Shown one piece after another: positions 26,041 through 39,639 of a stretch of 64,000 bases of DNA. The number at the start of each line of letters is the position of its first letter. The first letter of the stretch is position 1. The notes under the pieces are model-generated. The model saw nothing but the letters and a program-made list of their open reading frames with translations. It ran no database searches and was not told the origin of the DNA. Both the position numbers and the translations under genes were made by a program. Source of the DNA: Octopus vulgaris (lineage: Eukaryota); assembly GCA_951406725.2 (NCBI GenBank), contig OX597829.1:24056001-24120000 (forward strand). Reading direction: 5' to 3'.

Positions 26041-26712
26041 TTAAGTTTGGTATTTATTCTACTGGTCTCTTTTGCCAAACCACTAAATTAGGGGCCATAA
26101 ACATACCAACACCAGTTGTCAAATGATGGTAGGAATAAAACACATACACACACAAACACACATATATACACACTATAGGCTTTCACACTACTCCCATCTT
26201 CCAAATTTACCACAAAGCATTGGTCAGCCAGGGACTATGCGTAGAAGACATTTGCCCAAGGTGCCATGCCATGGACCATGGAACTGAACCTAGAACCTTG
26301 TGGTTTCAGAGAGTTGCTAAAAATAATTTTTAACCAACTGAAATTAGAACTGTAATAAGAAGACAAGTTGGTGGGAGGGATTTAGAAAATGAATTCAACC
26401 TCCACCTCACTTATTTACCACCCGACAAAAATGAAATCGTAAGAATCTGGATGCTTCTCTTTTCCATCAATTGATCTTATTGAAACTCTCTCTCCACCAC
26501 CACCCCACTCTCTGTCCCTCTTGCTTTTAAATGATAAAAATTCATAAAAGGTCTTCTTATCTACTAATTGTTTAGATAACACCAACTAGTCACAGTTTTT
26601 CACTTCTGTTTGTGTATTTACTATACAGAATACTCTCCCCGCCTCTTGGGTATTTTCTCTCAGCCAGCAATCTATCTATCTACCTGTCTGCCTGCCTATT
26701 TATCTGTCTCTT

Positions 26713-26776
<64 letters not shown>

Positions 26777-26923
26777 TAAGGTTAGTGAAGCTAGAGGTTA
26801 AAATAAGCATTTAAGGATTGCTACCCGTATATTACCTGTTTAACCAAGGACATACATATGCAAGCATATTATGTTCATAAGTTTTAGGCAAAGACAAGGA
26901 TAAACACGGGTTTATCAAAATTT

Positions 26924-27051
26924 AAAGAAAATAGAAAATGGAGAAGTACTGATCAATTATTATTTAATAATTCAATGCATTGAATTAATAAATAATAATT
27001 GATGATAGTCAATTGTTGTTAATCAGTACTTCTCCATTTTCTGTTTTCTTT
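26924..27051. repeat. Nested inverted repeat / palindrome inside TA microsatellite
   Basis: Outer arms AAAGAAAATAGAAAATGGAGAAGTACTGAT / ATCAGTACTTCTCCATTTTCTGTTTTCTTT. Inner ~50-bp palindrome centred on ATGCAT (26975-26980). Confidence 0.85.
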
Positions 27052-27116
27052 ATTATATATATATTTTATATTTATATATATATGTATATGTATATGTGTG
27101 TGTGTGTGTGTATGTG

Positions 27117-27448
27117 AAGGCATGTGGCTCAGTGGTTAGATCATAGAGCTTATGATCGTGAGGTTGTGAGTTCGATTCCCAGACCGGGCTGTGTGTTGTG
27201 TTCTTGAGCAAGACACTATATTTCACGTTGCTCCAGCTAACTCATCTGTAGAAATGAATTGCGACGTCACAGGTGCCAAGCTGTATTGGCCTTTGCCTTT
27301 CCCTTGGATAATATCAGTGGTGTAGAGAGGGGAGGCTGGTATGCATGGGCGACTGCTAGCCTTCCACAAACAATCTTGCCCTGACTTGTGCCTCGGAGGG
27401 TAACTTTCTAGGTGCAATCCCATGGTCATTCATGACCGAAGGGGGTCT

Positions 27449-27450
<2 letters not shown>
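27117..27450 (+). mobile_element. SINE family D (tRNA head + Meta/CORE-like central segment)
   Basis: A box TGGCTCAGTGG, B box GAGTTCGATTCCC, then TTCTTGAGCAAGACACT...GTTGCTCCAG. Second copy at 52166-52494. Confidence 0.88.
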
Positions 27451-27498
<48 letters not shown>

Positions 27499-27848
27499 GT
27501 CTGATCAATAAGTATCCGAACTATTGCCATAGTAGCAAAGCTAAACCATGAAGGGTAAAGCTGTTTGGCACAGATTGACCTTGAACTCTGCTGTACATGT
27601 GCACTATGTATATCTACATGTGTATGTATGCATATATATATATATATGTATTTTGATTTGAAAACCCCACTAGAATAGGAGAAAGCGCTAATGATCTGAA
27701 TGATATGATATATATATATATGTAAAAAATGTAATATATAAATAAATATCTGTAAATATGAACCATCCAATCTTCTGATTACCTCATTTCTTCTAATATA
27801 TATATATGTATATATACATATATATACATACATATATATATATATGCG

Positions 27849-27880
<32 letters not shown>

Positions 27881-27999
27881 TACATATATATAAATACATA
27901 CATATATATATACGCATATATATATATATATATATACATATACATGCACACATATATATATACACACACACATATATATACATATGTATAATATATTGG

Positions 28000-28330
28000 T
28001 TGGCACTCCGTCTGTTACAACGTTGAGTGTTCCAGTTTATCCAGTCAATGGAACAGCCTGCTCATGAGATTAACTCCACAGACACGTGTACCCTTAACAT
28101 AGTACTCAGGGAGATTCAGTGTGACACAGAGTGTGACAAGGCTGGCCCTTTGAAATACAGGTACCACATGAACAGGGAGAAAGTTGTGCCACCATCCCCT
28201 GCCGGAGCCTTGTGGAACTTTGGGTGTTTTCGCTCAATAAACACTCACCACGCCCGGTCTGGGAATCGAAACTGCGATGCTATGACCGCGAGTCCGCTTG
28301 CCCTAACCACTGGGCCATTGCGCCTCCACA
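28000..28330 (-). mobile_element. Composite: family F SINE head (28330-28190) abutting a family E tail (28165-28002)
   Basis: Minus strand GGAGGCGCAATGGCCCAGTGGTTAGG...GTTTCGATTCCCAGACCGGG is a tRNA-like head. Its continuation matches 50130-50200. Confidence 0.75.
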
Positions 28331-28870
28331 TATAATATATATATATACATACATATACATTCATTTATAGATATATATACACACACACACATATATATAA
28401 AATTCAGTTAGCCTCATGAAAGGATGGTGTCATCCTAGGAAATACTGGTTCAATGCCTAATATTTTGGGTAGATTTTATTTTCTCAAAATAATAGATATG
28501 TATATAAAAACTTGTAGTTTATATAAAGGAAGAGGAAGAAAATGGAGATTGTGAAATTAATAAGAATTTATTGTCAAGAACAAATCGAAAATTAATCGTT
28601 ACAGTTTTTTCAGTTATACATAGTGATTTAAAATAAATATTAAGTTCGTGATTCTGAGCATAATATCTTCAGAAGGAACAAAAAAAATATATACCCTTAA
28701 ATGATTTATATGTTTGTTTATGGATTCATATAGCAGAATATATTTAGTAGAATTGGAAGTAGAAAGTCCTTGGTACAGTATTATATATTTGAAAAAAAAA
28801 TGTATAGAAATGGCTTGCAAGCACATAATGATTTATAAACATCTAATTATTGTGGAAAAATTATCAGACA

Positions 28871-29034
28871 TAGGCGCAGGAGTGGCTGTGTGGTAAGTAG
28901 CTTGCTAACCAGCCACATGGTTCCAGGTTCAGTCCCACTGCGTGGCATCTTGGGCAAGTGTCTTCTGCTATAGCCCCGGGCCGACCAATGCCTTGTGAGT
29001 GGATTTGGTAGACGGAAACTGGAAGAAGCCTGTC

Positions 29035-29104
<70 letters not shown>

Positions 29105-29320
29105 ATGTCTGTGTTTGTTCCCCTAGCATTGCTTGACAACTGATGCTGGTGTGTTTAAGTCCCCGTCACTTAGCTGTTCGGCAAAAGAGACCGAAAGAAT
29201 AAGTACTGGGCTTACAAAGAATAAGTCCCGGGGTCGATTTGCTCGACTAAAGGTGGTGCTCCAGCATGGCCACAGTCAAATGACTGAAACAAGTAAAAGA
29301 AAAAGAATAAAAGAAAAAAG
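28871..29320 (+). mobile_element. SINE family A, full length reference copy
   Basis: Head GGCGCAGGAGTGGCTGTGTGGTAAG...GGTTCAGTCCC (A/B-box-like), CTTGGGCAAGTG segment, internal (TA)n(TG)n at ~29036-29105, A-rich 3' end. An older inverted copy follows at ~29365-29720. Confidence 0.92.
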
Positions 29321-29751
29321 ACAAGTCATTTCTTCATTTTTTATTAAACACACACACACACATATATCTTTTATTTGTGTCAGTCATTGGACTGCATCCA
29401 TGTTGGGACACTGTCTTAAAGAGTTTGGTTGAACAAATTGATCCCAGTACTACTCTTTTAAGCCTGGTACTTATAGATGTAAGCAAAGCAAGTAGTGATG
29501 GGAGACAAACACAATGACACACATTCGTACATAGGTATGTATATACACAACAGGCTTCTTTCAATTTCCCTCTGCCAAATTCACTCACAGGTCTTTGGTC
29601 AACTTGGGACTATAGTATAAAGACACTTCAAGAGTCAGTCCCACTGTGAGACCCAAGGTGGGACTGACCCTGGAACCATGTGGTTGAGAAGCACTCTTCT
29701 TACCTCAGTCATACCTGCATGCATGCATGCATGCACACACACACACACACA

Positions 29752-29804
<53 letters not shown>

Positions 29805-30040
29805 TTCTCATCTAACCTCCCTCCGACTCCTACTTCTCTTCAGTCCTTCATCTTTTCACCCCTACTCTCTTTCCCTCCTCTTCTTTCCTCTTTCTTCTTC
29901 CCTCTTCCCCTCCTCTCTTTCTCTCTGCTCCCTCACTCCCCTTCTCTCCCCTCCTTTCTCCTCTCCTTCCTTCTCCCCCTCTCACCCTCCCCCTTCTCTC
30001 TCCTCTCCTTCCTTCTTTTCCCCCCTCACCCCCTCATCTC
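29805..30040. repeat. Polypyrimidine low-complexity tract
   Basis: Almost exclusively C/T for ~230 bp. Confidence 0.9.
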
Positions 30041-30150
30041 ATAATATATATATTAATGAATGTAGTTGTGTAGCAAGGAGGTACAAAGCAAATTGTACCT
30101 CTCAATACCTCACAATGCTTCACAAAAACTACCTCGTATATCTGTGTATA

Positions 30151-30189
<39 letters not shown>

Positions 30190-32051
30190 CACTCTTACTC
30201 TTGCCAACTGGATAGAATAGACTATGTCTTCACTGAGGAGTTCTAATATGACCTAAACATGTCCTTTACTTTCATCAGCTGGTTTTCAAAATCAAATCCA
30301 CTCCAATCTATGTCTTTATTGTCCAAAGATTTCACTCAATTGCAGATTTTAAACAAACCTGGTATGAGTTTATATCTGCTAATGACTTGGATAATTTCAA
30401 TTAACCATTCTTTCAACTCAGGTTGCAAGATTCAACCATACAGTGAAAGTCACATTATTATTTCTTTCTTTTTTTTTTTTTTTGTTAAATTAATTGTTGT
30501 ACTGAGTAAAATTTAAAATGTTTATGATACTATATTTTTCTGGGGCTCTATTAGATTTCAAGATCCTAAAATCAGTAGATCAGTTTCTAAATATTACAAT
30601 GAGAGTACTTGCCATTCCTTCTTTGACAGTGTCTGACAAGGGACTGATGCATTGCTCCTCTGACCTTAATTCAATGCCATTCTTGACCATAACGAGCAGT
30701 TTCCTCCTTCAAATCCACTTGCAATAGATATTTATCTAGCTCCCTAAAAACTATTGCCCAGAACGGATGTTTACCTTGCTCTCTAACCACATCATTAGAA
30801 TTGGTGTTCATCTAGCTCCCTAAACACCATTGTCTACAACAGACCTCACAATGCTTCACATTTACCTAGCTCCCTAAACACATTTGCTCTTTAAATATCA
30901 TTGTCTAAAAAGCAATTATGAATTCTCCAACTTTAATTTAGGATTGTGATACTTTCACTTTTCTCAGGAGAGTTTGAATTCCCAATGTCTACAGAAATCT
31001 CATTAATTTACAATAATGCTAAAAAACAAAAAAAATGCAGAAACAAAGAGTAAATAGAAATATGCAAGGATGAGAGTGAGTTTGATCTCAGGCAGCCATG
31101 GTGACAACTCCAGTCATGTTTTAGTTTTATTTCAACTCATCAACAAACCATACTCAACTTGCAGCTACCAAGACCTCATAATGAGACTAACAGGCATAGT
31201 ATTTTGTGAAAATAGTCTGCTGATTAGGCAAATTACAATAAAGACTTTAGAGAATTTCCCAAGAGAACTTTCTGAGTGAAGAACATATAGTTTAGAGCAA
31301 GCTACCACATTTAATATGGCGAGCTGATATAATCAAAATCAGTTGAATCTGTAACTGCAATGAGCAGAAGATTTATTAGTGAAATCTGCTGCTCCATGTC
31401 AATATTTTATCTTTCACTACTTGTTTCAGTCATTAGACTGTGGCAGTGCTGGGTTACTGCCTTGATGAATTTTTAATCAAACGAATTTATCCTAGTACTT
31501 TTTTTTTTTTTTTAAGCTTGGCATTTATTCTATCGGTCTATTTTGCTGAAACGCTAATTTATGGGGACATAAACAAACCAACACCGGTTGTCAAGCAGTG
31601 GGAAAGAGGGCAAACACAGACACAAAGATACACGCATATGTACATGAGAGAGAGAGCAGCAGTAGGATAAGTAGATATATAAGAGTTACCTTAAAAGTGT
31701 GTAGTTTTTGATTCGCTAAACACACATTTGGCTTTGTTGTGGAAAAAGTAGACAAGGGTGTTCAGCCATAATTTTTTTCTCTCAAGAAATACAAAAGAAC
31801 ATTCTTACTAGTTTCAGTATTTATTTTTATTACGACAGTGAGCTGGCAGAATCATTAGCACACCAGGCAAAATGCTTAGCAGCATTTCGTCCATCTTCAC
31901 ATTCTAGTTCAAATTCTGCCAAGGTTGACTTTTGGAGTCAATAAAATAAGTACCAGTTGAACACTGGGGTCAATGTAATCAATGTACGACCTCCCTTGAA
32001 ATTGGTGGCCTTGCACCAAGATTTGAATCCATTATTTATTATTGCCTCAAT

Positions 32052-32155
32052 CAGAAATTAATTACTCATTCTGCCTACAGAGATTGATTACTCATTCTGT
32101 GTACAGAAATTGATTACTCATTCAATCTGCAGAAATTCGTTACTCCTCTTCTACA
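32052..32155. repeat. 26-bp minisatellite, ~4 units
   Basis: CAGAAATTGATTACTCATTCTGTGTA-like units at 32052, 32078, 32104 and 32130. Confidence 0.85.
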
Positions 32156-32589
32156 AACAATTAAGCTTACAACTATACCCGCGTTCAGACAGATCTAAAT
32201 TCTTTTGCTACAAAATAGTGATAACTGAGTACCACTTGAATGTGCTGAGTTAAACTCAGTTTATATTTTGGAATAGATTACATGAAGGCTGAGTGAAATC
32301 TGGTAACTCCATGGACTGACAGAATCTGCATAAACACACACACACACATGCACATGTGTATATTTTAGTGTGTGTGTATGAGTGCATGTGTGTTTGTGTT
32401 TGCAACAACGTAGTTGGCATGGGACGATCAGGAGAGAAAGTTGGCGGAATGGTGTAGGGCTGCAGGAGTTAGGGATGAGACAAACATAGTTCAAGAAGAA
32501 GAGATGTAATTTGGTTCATTGGGATAGGGTGGGTGAATTAATGCTACATGTGGTTGGAATACACAACCCTTCCAGAACTCAGTTTCACT

Positions 32590-33190
32590 GAAGTGAACAG
32601 GTCTTCTCAAAATCTTCATATTGCCATACATCTCAGACCATTGTCATCTCCTCTGTTAGATCCAACATCTTCAGATCAGACCTCACCCCATCATCCTGCA
32701 TCTTCCTAGGTCTCCCTCTTTCACAGGTACTGTCCACTCTTAGGGATCAGCACATCATGATAGAGCTGTCTTCATTCATATGCATCACATGTCCAAACCA
32801 ATGTTGAGTTCTCTCTCACATTCTCTTATGCCCAGATTTTCTCTCAACCTATTTGTCATACATGCATACTGATGTTGGATATCCATTGGAGCATACTAGC
32901 TTCATTCCTCTTCAGTCTATGCATGTTGTCAGCATTCAGGGCTCATGTCTCACTACTATGGAGCACAGCTGTTTGTACACAAGCATCATACAATCAGCCT
33001 TTCACTCTGAGAGAGAAAGCTCTTTTGTTGCTAACAGAGGTAATAAGCTCTCTGAACTTCCTTCTTCCTATTCTTATTCTAGCAACAATACTTTCAGATC
33101 ATCCTCCATCACTGCTAATCTGGTCACCTCGGTACCAGAAATTATTTACAACCTCAAGAAAGCCATCTGAACATTTGAGACAGTCCTCAG
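32590..33190 (-). mobile_element. RTE-clade LINE ORF C-terminal relic
   Basis: Minus strand encodes ..STCERGRPRKM.., the RGRPR motif of RTE C-termini. Smaller related pieces at ~46340-46530 and 46690-46870. Confidence 0.7.
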
Positions 33191-33609
33191 TGCTTATTGT
33201 TTCTGTGTATACCTTGTTGCCCCTCCCTCCCCATGTACCCATGTGTCACCACTAATTGCACTCCTCCTTCCCCTCCCCTCTCTTGCTTTGCACTGTCCTG
33301 ATTTCCCTGCCCACACACCCTGGGCATTCCTCTACCATTCCAGTTATATTTAACTTGGTGACCTCACCAGTGCTGGTGCCACATAAAATACATTCAGTAT
33401 GTTTTGTAAAATGATTGGTGTTAGGTAAGGCATCCAGTTGTAAAAACTGTTCCAAAGCAGATGGTGGAGCTTGGTACAGATCTAGCAAACCATTTAAAAC
33501 ATGCTATCATGGAAGATTGATGTTAAATGCCAATGTGTGTGTGTAGTATTAGAATACCACTTGTTATAAACAGATACCTATTTAATTTCATATATGTGTA
33601 TATATGTGT

Positions 33610-33995
33610 GTAGGTACAGGAGTGGCTGTGTGGTAAGTAGCTTGGTTCCGGGTTCAGTCCTACTGTGTGGCACCTTGGGCAAGTGTCTTCTACTATATCC
33701 TCAGGCTGACCAAAGCTTTGTGAGTGGATTTGGTAGATGGAAACTGAAAGAAGCCCGTCGTACATATATATACATATATGTATATGTTTGTGTGTCTGTG
33801 TTTGTCCTCCCAACATCACTTGACAACCGATGCTGGTGTGTTTACATCGCCATCACTTAGCGGTTTGGCAAAAGTGACCAATAGAATAAGTACTAGGCTT
33901 ACAAAGAATAAGTCATGGGGTCGATTTGCTCGACTAAAGGCGGTGCTCCAGTATGGCCTCAGTCAAATGACTGAAACAAATAAAAGGATAATGAA
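33610..33995 (+). mobile_element. SINE family A, near full length
   Basis: Colinear with the 28871 copy, with a short deletion in the head. Confidence 0.9.
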
Positions 33996-34410
33996 TATAT
34001 ATATATATATATATGTATATGTGTGTGTATTTATGTCTGGGTGTGTGTGTATATATATATATGTGCAGGTATGTATATATGTATGCATGTATATGTGTAT
34101 GTATATATGCGCATGCATATATATGTATGCATGTATGTCCATGTATATAGGTATGTATATATATGTGTATATGTATGTATATATATGTGTATATATATGT
34201 ATAAATATGTTTATATATATGTATATATCTTTATGTATGTATGTATACATTATATATATGTATATATTTATATATAGATATGTAGTGAAGTAAACAATAT
34301 AGTGAGTACATTGAATTTAATTATGAACTATAGTAGCTAATTAATCAGTATTATAGGTAGATATTTTTGGACGATGATTATCTCAGCTAACAAGAGACTA
34401 AAGTGATAAT

Positions 34411-34446
<36 letters not shown>

Positions 34447-36329
34447 AATATTTTGAAATGGGGTACATGCATCAGTGGCAATTAATTAAATTTGGAAATT
34501 GATAATATACTGAAGAGTTTAATCTTTGGTTGATATGATAACAACTCTCTCTTTCTCCCCCCCCCCCCGTTTCTCTCTCCCCAGTGAAACAAGTTAATTG
34601 TACATTAATCAATGACGGATTAACTTCCTTCAGTGGAAAGTTGTATCTTTTTTGTTTTTTCTGGAAGTATGGTAGCAGTTATGTTAGGCTTAATTATTAA
34701 AAGCGTTTTACAGTGAACTGTACTTCATCATGGTACCTATTCATAATCAAGAAGACTGAGTTCATTACTATAAAACCTGTCTATAACCAAACAGCTTGAA
34801 TTGATATATCAGTGAACTGTACCTTTCCATGGTACTTATTTACAGTCAAGGTGGACTGTGCACTTCTGGGGTGAGTTTTTTGGTTATGGTCTCAATATTT
34901 CTCTATGATAGGAAATCAGTGGATGGTCAATTAATGTCTTTTGTTCAGTATGTGACTCAGTTCAACTTATTTGTTTAGAATAAATTTTTGGGATTTATCC
35001 TCTGCTATCCAAGAATAACGAAATATTTTATCATCATCCTTAACTCTTTAGCATTTAAACCAGCCATATCCGGCCAGAAGTATTCTGCCTGTTTTATGTT
35101 CAAACTGGCCAGATCTGGTCTCACACCAGCCCTACAATATCGTTTTAAAAATTAACAGCTACCTCATCAAAATCGCATAGCTCCAAGATAATGCCTGATT
35201 AGTTCAAGGCAATGTAGATAAAAAAGGATTAATTTTGGCAGAATAATGCGAACACTAAAGGGTTAAGGCAGAATTCTTAGCTTGCTGGGTGAAATGCTTA
35301 GTGGTATTTTGTCAGCTTTCATTTTCTGAGTTCAAATTCTACCATGGTTGCCCTTTCCTTTTATCCTTTTGGGGTCAACAAAATAAGTGTCAGTTGGGTA
35401 CTGGGGTCAGTGTAATCTACTTACTCTCTCCCTTAAAATTGCTACCCTTGTGCCAAAATTTGAAATCAACATTTTATCATTATCCATGACCTCTTGTCGT
35501 GACTCTCCACCCTCACGGTACTCTACTAAAGCTAATTAAATATGAACACTACTATTGATTTACAGCACATCACCTAATGTCCGACTCATGAGCACATGGT
35601 TGTGGGTTCGATTCTTGAACAGGGTGGCAGAATGTGTCTTTGAGCAAAGTATTTAATTTCACATTGCTTTATTTCACTTCTGAACTGAAAATGTGTACAA
35701 ACCCACTTCTGGTGCTACCCTCTCTCCTTCCAGGTATCACATCCTTAAATGGCCTTTGCCTTTAATGTGTCATACGGCCTTCACCTTTGGCATATTAAAC
35801 GGCCTTCACCTTTAATGTATCATAGCAGTTTATTCAGTACCTGATTTCTTTGAAATACAGATGCCAATGGTTGTTGTCGTTGTGATCCTCTCACATTTTT
35901 CTCAAACTACAATGTCTAATATGTTTCCTTTTTGAATGTTAAAGTATGAGATTTGAAGGTGATTTGGCTGCTATGTCTAGCAGTTTTAAGACTATAAATT
36001 GTGTGATTTGAGCAGGATTTGACTCATGGTATAGTCTCCAGGTCAGCTGTGATTGATCAAATCTGTTATCAAAAGTATGACAATCTCCCCTCTTTCCCCC
36101 ATATTTTAGGTATCCCAAAACTATTTTTGGAGATAAAATTTTTTTGAGAGATTTGGCTGCTATTTCTTTTAGTTGAAGTAACTATGTAAAAGTTCCTTCA
36201 TTTCCTCAGTTCAGCCATGATCCAGCAGATCACCTATGGCCTACAGTTAATCTGCCTAATAACGAGGCCTGACACAGTTCCATTTTCTCAGATATACCAT
36301 ATCTCAATCAAGTTAAGGACCATACAATG

Positions 36330-37610
36330 CATTCTAACATGTAGTGGTGAATTGTATGAACTGTAGTTATCACAGTTTGGACATTGTACACTCTCTTCAC
36401 TGTCCAGTCAATTTCTGTATGTGTTTAGATTCTGTCGTATGACTACAGTAATGGTGCACTTAGAATGCAATAATTACTGTTATTATTATTGCTTTTATTA
36501 TTGTCGGTTGTGTGTATCACAGCACTATGCCAGTTGAAGTTCAGCTTGACAATAAATTGTGTCCCTCTCATAACCTGGAGGTCTTTCATATTTTGTATTT
36601 TTGTTGGGTTTCTTTTGTGTTGATAGTTCATGTGTGGACCTGTTATGGAAGTGTGTGGTCTGTAGGTGTGAACTCAAGGTACAACCTGTTATAATGTAAT
36701 GTGTTGTACAGGTGTGTTCTTTGAAGTTTATTGTGGTGTGTAGCAGAGAAATTGTGTCTCCAGGGAAGACTGCCATGTTCCATGATAGATCTAATGTATT
36801 GCTTATGCACCAATGTTATTGTTTCTTTCTGTTGATCAATTGTGGTACCTATGACTGCCCTAAACAGATTTGTGCATCTGTTTTGCTTCTGTATATTTTG
36901 CAGTGGTTTTTTTATTGTAACTCCTAGTTTTTGTGTTTGTGATATGTTGAGTGTGATAGTCGGTTGTATTTTAATTTCATTTTCATGTTGCTATTAAGAA
37001 GGAAGCCAGTGGGTTTAGTAGATGTATTTTAAGCCTGTTGTTGTGGAGCTAAATGATTTATGTAGGATTGGAGTAGTTTTGTAGCAATGAATAGGAGGAA
37101 AACATAAATGCAATGTCATCAGGTTATGTGACTGACTGTTTTGTGTAGGTGTAAAAAAAAAGTCATTGTAAATATAAAGTAAATAGAAGAGTTGAGAGGA
37201 TGGCTCCCTGTATGATTCCTTTCAAGAAATGGCAAGTTCCAGAAATGTTCTTGCATGTTAGGCTTGTCAATATGACAGTTTCATAACCAGTGTATTTTTG
37301 TTTTGTTTTTTTTAGGTGGTGTTGTGTATTTTCTTTGTAAGTAGATAACAGGGAATGGATTTGGATGGTAGATAGAATGGTACATCTTGGAGATTTCTTG
37401 ATCTTGAAACCATCATGTATTTTCTGTGTTAGGTTTGAAATGTTGTTGAGTGTTAATCTGTGTCGTGATTTAAAGAGTCGAGAGGACTTGATTTTGAACT
37501 TTTATCTAGTCGGTATGCATAGATGGTGATGGGTTTGTTGTTGCTTCATTCATATATTCTTCTTAGTGATTGGCCTTTAGTCTTTGGCAAGCCAGAAACC
37601 ATTGCTATCC
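36330..37610 (-). mobile_element. Degenerate non-LTR (I-group-like) reverse transcriptase relic
   Basis: Minus strand has GIIQGAILSTLLFTLY (~37220-37175; QG..LSP motif), PDDI (~37120; YADD-like) and RAVIGTTIDQQKETITLVHKQYIRSIMEHGSLPW (~36860-36760). Many stops. Confidence 0.7.
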
Positions 37611-39604
37611 AGTGTTAATAAATCAATTTGTCTTTAGACTTCACTAATAATAAAGCTGAAGGTGTCTATTTGCATATTTCTCTGGCTTTTACAAAAGTTA
37701 ATCTTCAAATCAATGATATACTATGAAGAAACAAATTCCTAATCTTTACTTTCTTTGTTCCTGCCTTAATCTCACAATTTCTGGTCTATTTTTAATATTT
37801 ACTTTATACACAAAGCATTAGCACCACATTAAATGCCTCATATTATTGATGTTTCTAAATGTGTTATGTTCAAATTCTTCAGTCAACATATTTTCCCTAT
37901 TACCAACTAACGAGAGACTGTAGTTGTTGTCTTTCACATAAAAACCATCCAGCCCAAATAGGCTACCTGTTTTATGTTTAAACTAGTAAGATCTGGCCTC
38001 TCTCACATACCATAGAATGTCATTCTAAAAATATGCAATCACATCATCCAAATCTAAGCTAAGAGATAAGGCATGGTTAATTCAAAACAATGTGAATATT
38101 ATATTTGATAGAGTAATCTGAACACTAAAGGGTTAAATTAAAACCTTTCATTTATGATTGTAAGTTAGACCTTTTTTGTTAAGGAATTACAAAGAACAAC
38201 CTAAAATATCAGTTAATAAAGTTAATTATTTCATTGGATGCAGTCAATGAAGGGGATTAAATGCAAGGGAGAAAAACATGAAAGGATCAGTATTGATTTG
38301 TCATTGATCTCATAGGTGAGTGAATATCTCTTGCTAAATAACAGGTACTCAGAGTTGAATACAGTGGGACGCAAACTTACAAGAAGAATGTAAAGCATTT
38401 AGTCAGGTGCTTCACTGTTTTTCTCCATTGTGCTCACTTATTGAAAAACTTATTGATGGTAGATCGATTGTCAAATTCATTAGAGATTCCAGGAAGCTAC
38501 CTAGTAATATTTCTTTCAGTTCTTAATGTTCTGAGTTCAAATCCCACCAAGGTCAGCTTTAGTTTTCATTCTTTCAGAGTCAATGAAGTACAGTATTGGT
38601 CGAAGGCTGAAATTGATTTACTAAACTGACCCCTCTCTTTCCATCAGAATTTATGGTTTTATGCCTACTATCATTTAACATCCATTGTCCATGCTGGCAT
38701 AAGTTGGACAGTTTGACCAAAGCTGGAAGGCTGCACCAGATTCTTGTCTGATTTGGTATGGTTTCTACAGCTGGAAGCCCTTCCTAACGCCAGCCACTTT
38801 GCAGAGTGAGCTGGATGCTTTTACATGACACTGCACAGGTGCTATGTTAGAAACAATTATTATTACCTCGTCATCATCATCACCATCACCATCACTACAT
38901 GAATACAATGATACTATTGGGCATTGCATTGCTACAATGACTAGAGTAAACTAGTTCACACTTTGTTAATGATTGATTAACCCTCCAGCATTTAAACCAA
39001 CCATATCTGGCCCAAATGTTCTTTTTGTTTAATGTTGCAACTGACCAGACGTAGCCTCTCACACCTACCCTTCAGGTCATTCTAGAAATAAACAATCACA
39101 TCTTCAAAATCTTCAAGCTGCAAGATGCTACATAATTAACTTTTTAAAATGTGGATAAATAATAAGCTTCACATTTAACTGAGTAAGCTGAATATTAAAA
39201 GGTTAAAGGAATTGGTATAATTTATTTCTCTAGTTTAAATGTTTATTAGGGGTTGGGGGTGCAAAGAGGTTTTATTCTGATTTAATATAAAGAAAAAATT
39301 GTTTTTCCTTTCTTGTTGTTTAGCCCCAGGTCAGTCTAAGTACAGTTGATTTATGATATCAGAAATGCATCAATCATCTGTATTCATCTCATTCTCACTC
39401 TATCTCTCCTCTATGTTTTTCATATCAGGTACTATATTGTCCACTGTTTATTTAAGATGACAGTCTAACTTGAGGAAGTTTGGCTGCTATTTATAGCAGA
39501 TCAAGCAATTATAGATAGGACTCCTTGTTTATGTATCTTGATAATTTTCTTTGAAGTACATATTTGTTTAGAAATTGCTATAGATATGTATGTGTATATT
39601 TCTA

Positions 39605-39639
<35 letters not shown>

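Noticed and set aside
27117-27190. tRNA-like sequences with A and B boxes (also 4448-4522, 28250-28330, 28871-28945, 45420-45511)
   Set aside because: They are SINE heads followed by SINE bodies and do not form complete canonical cloverleaves.
29680-30246. 188-aa ORF, longest in the track
   Set aside because: Composed of a SINE end, (CA)n and a polypyrimidine tract.
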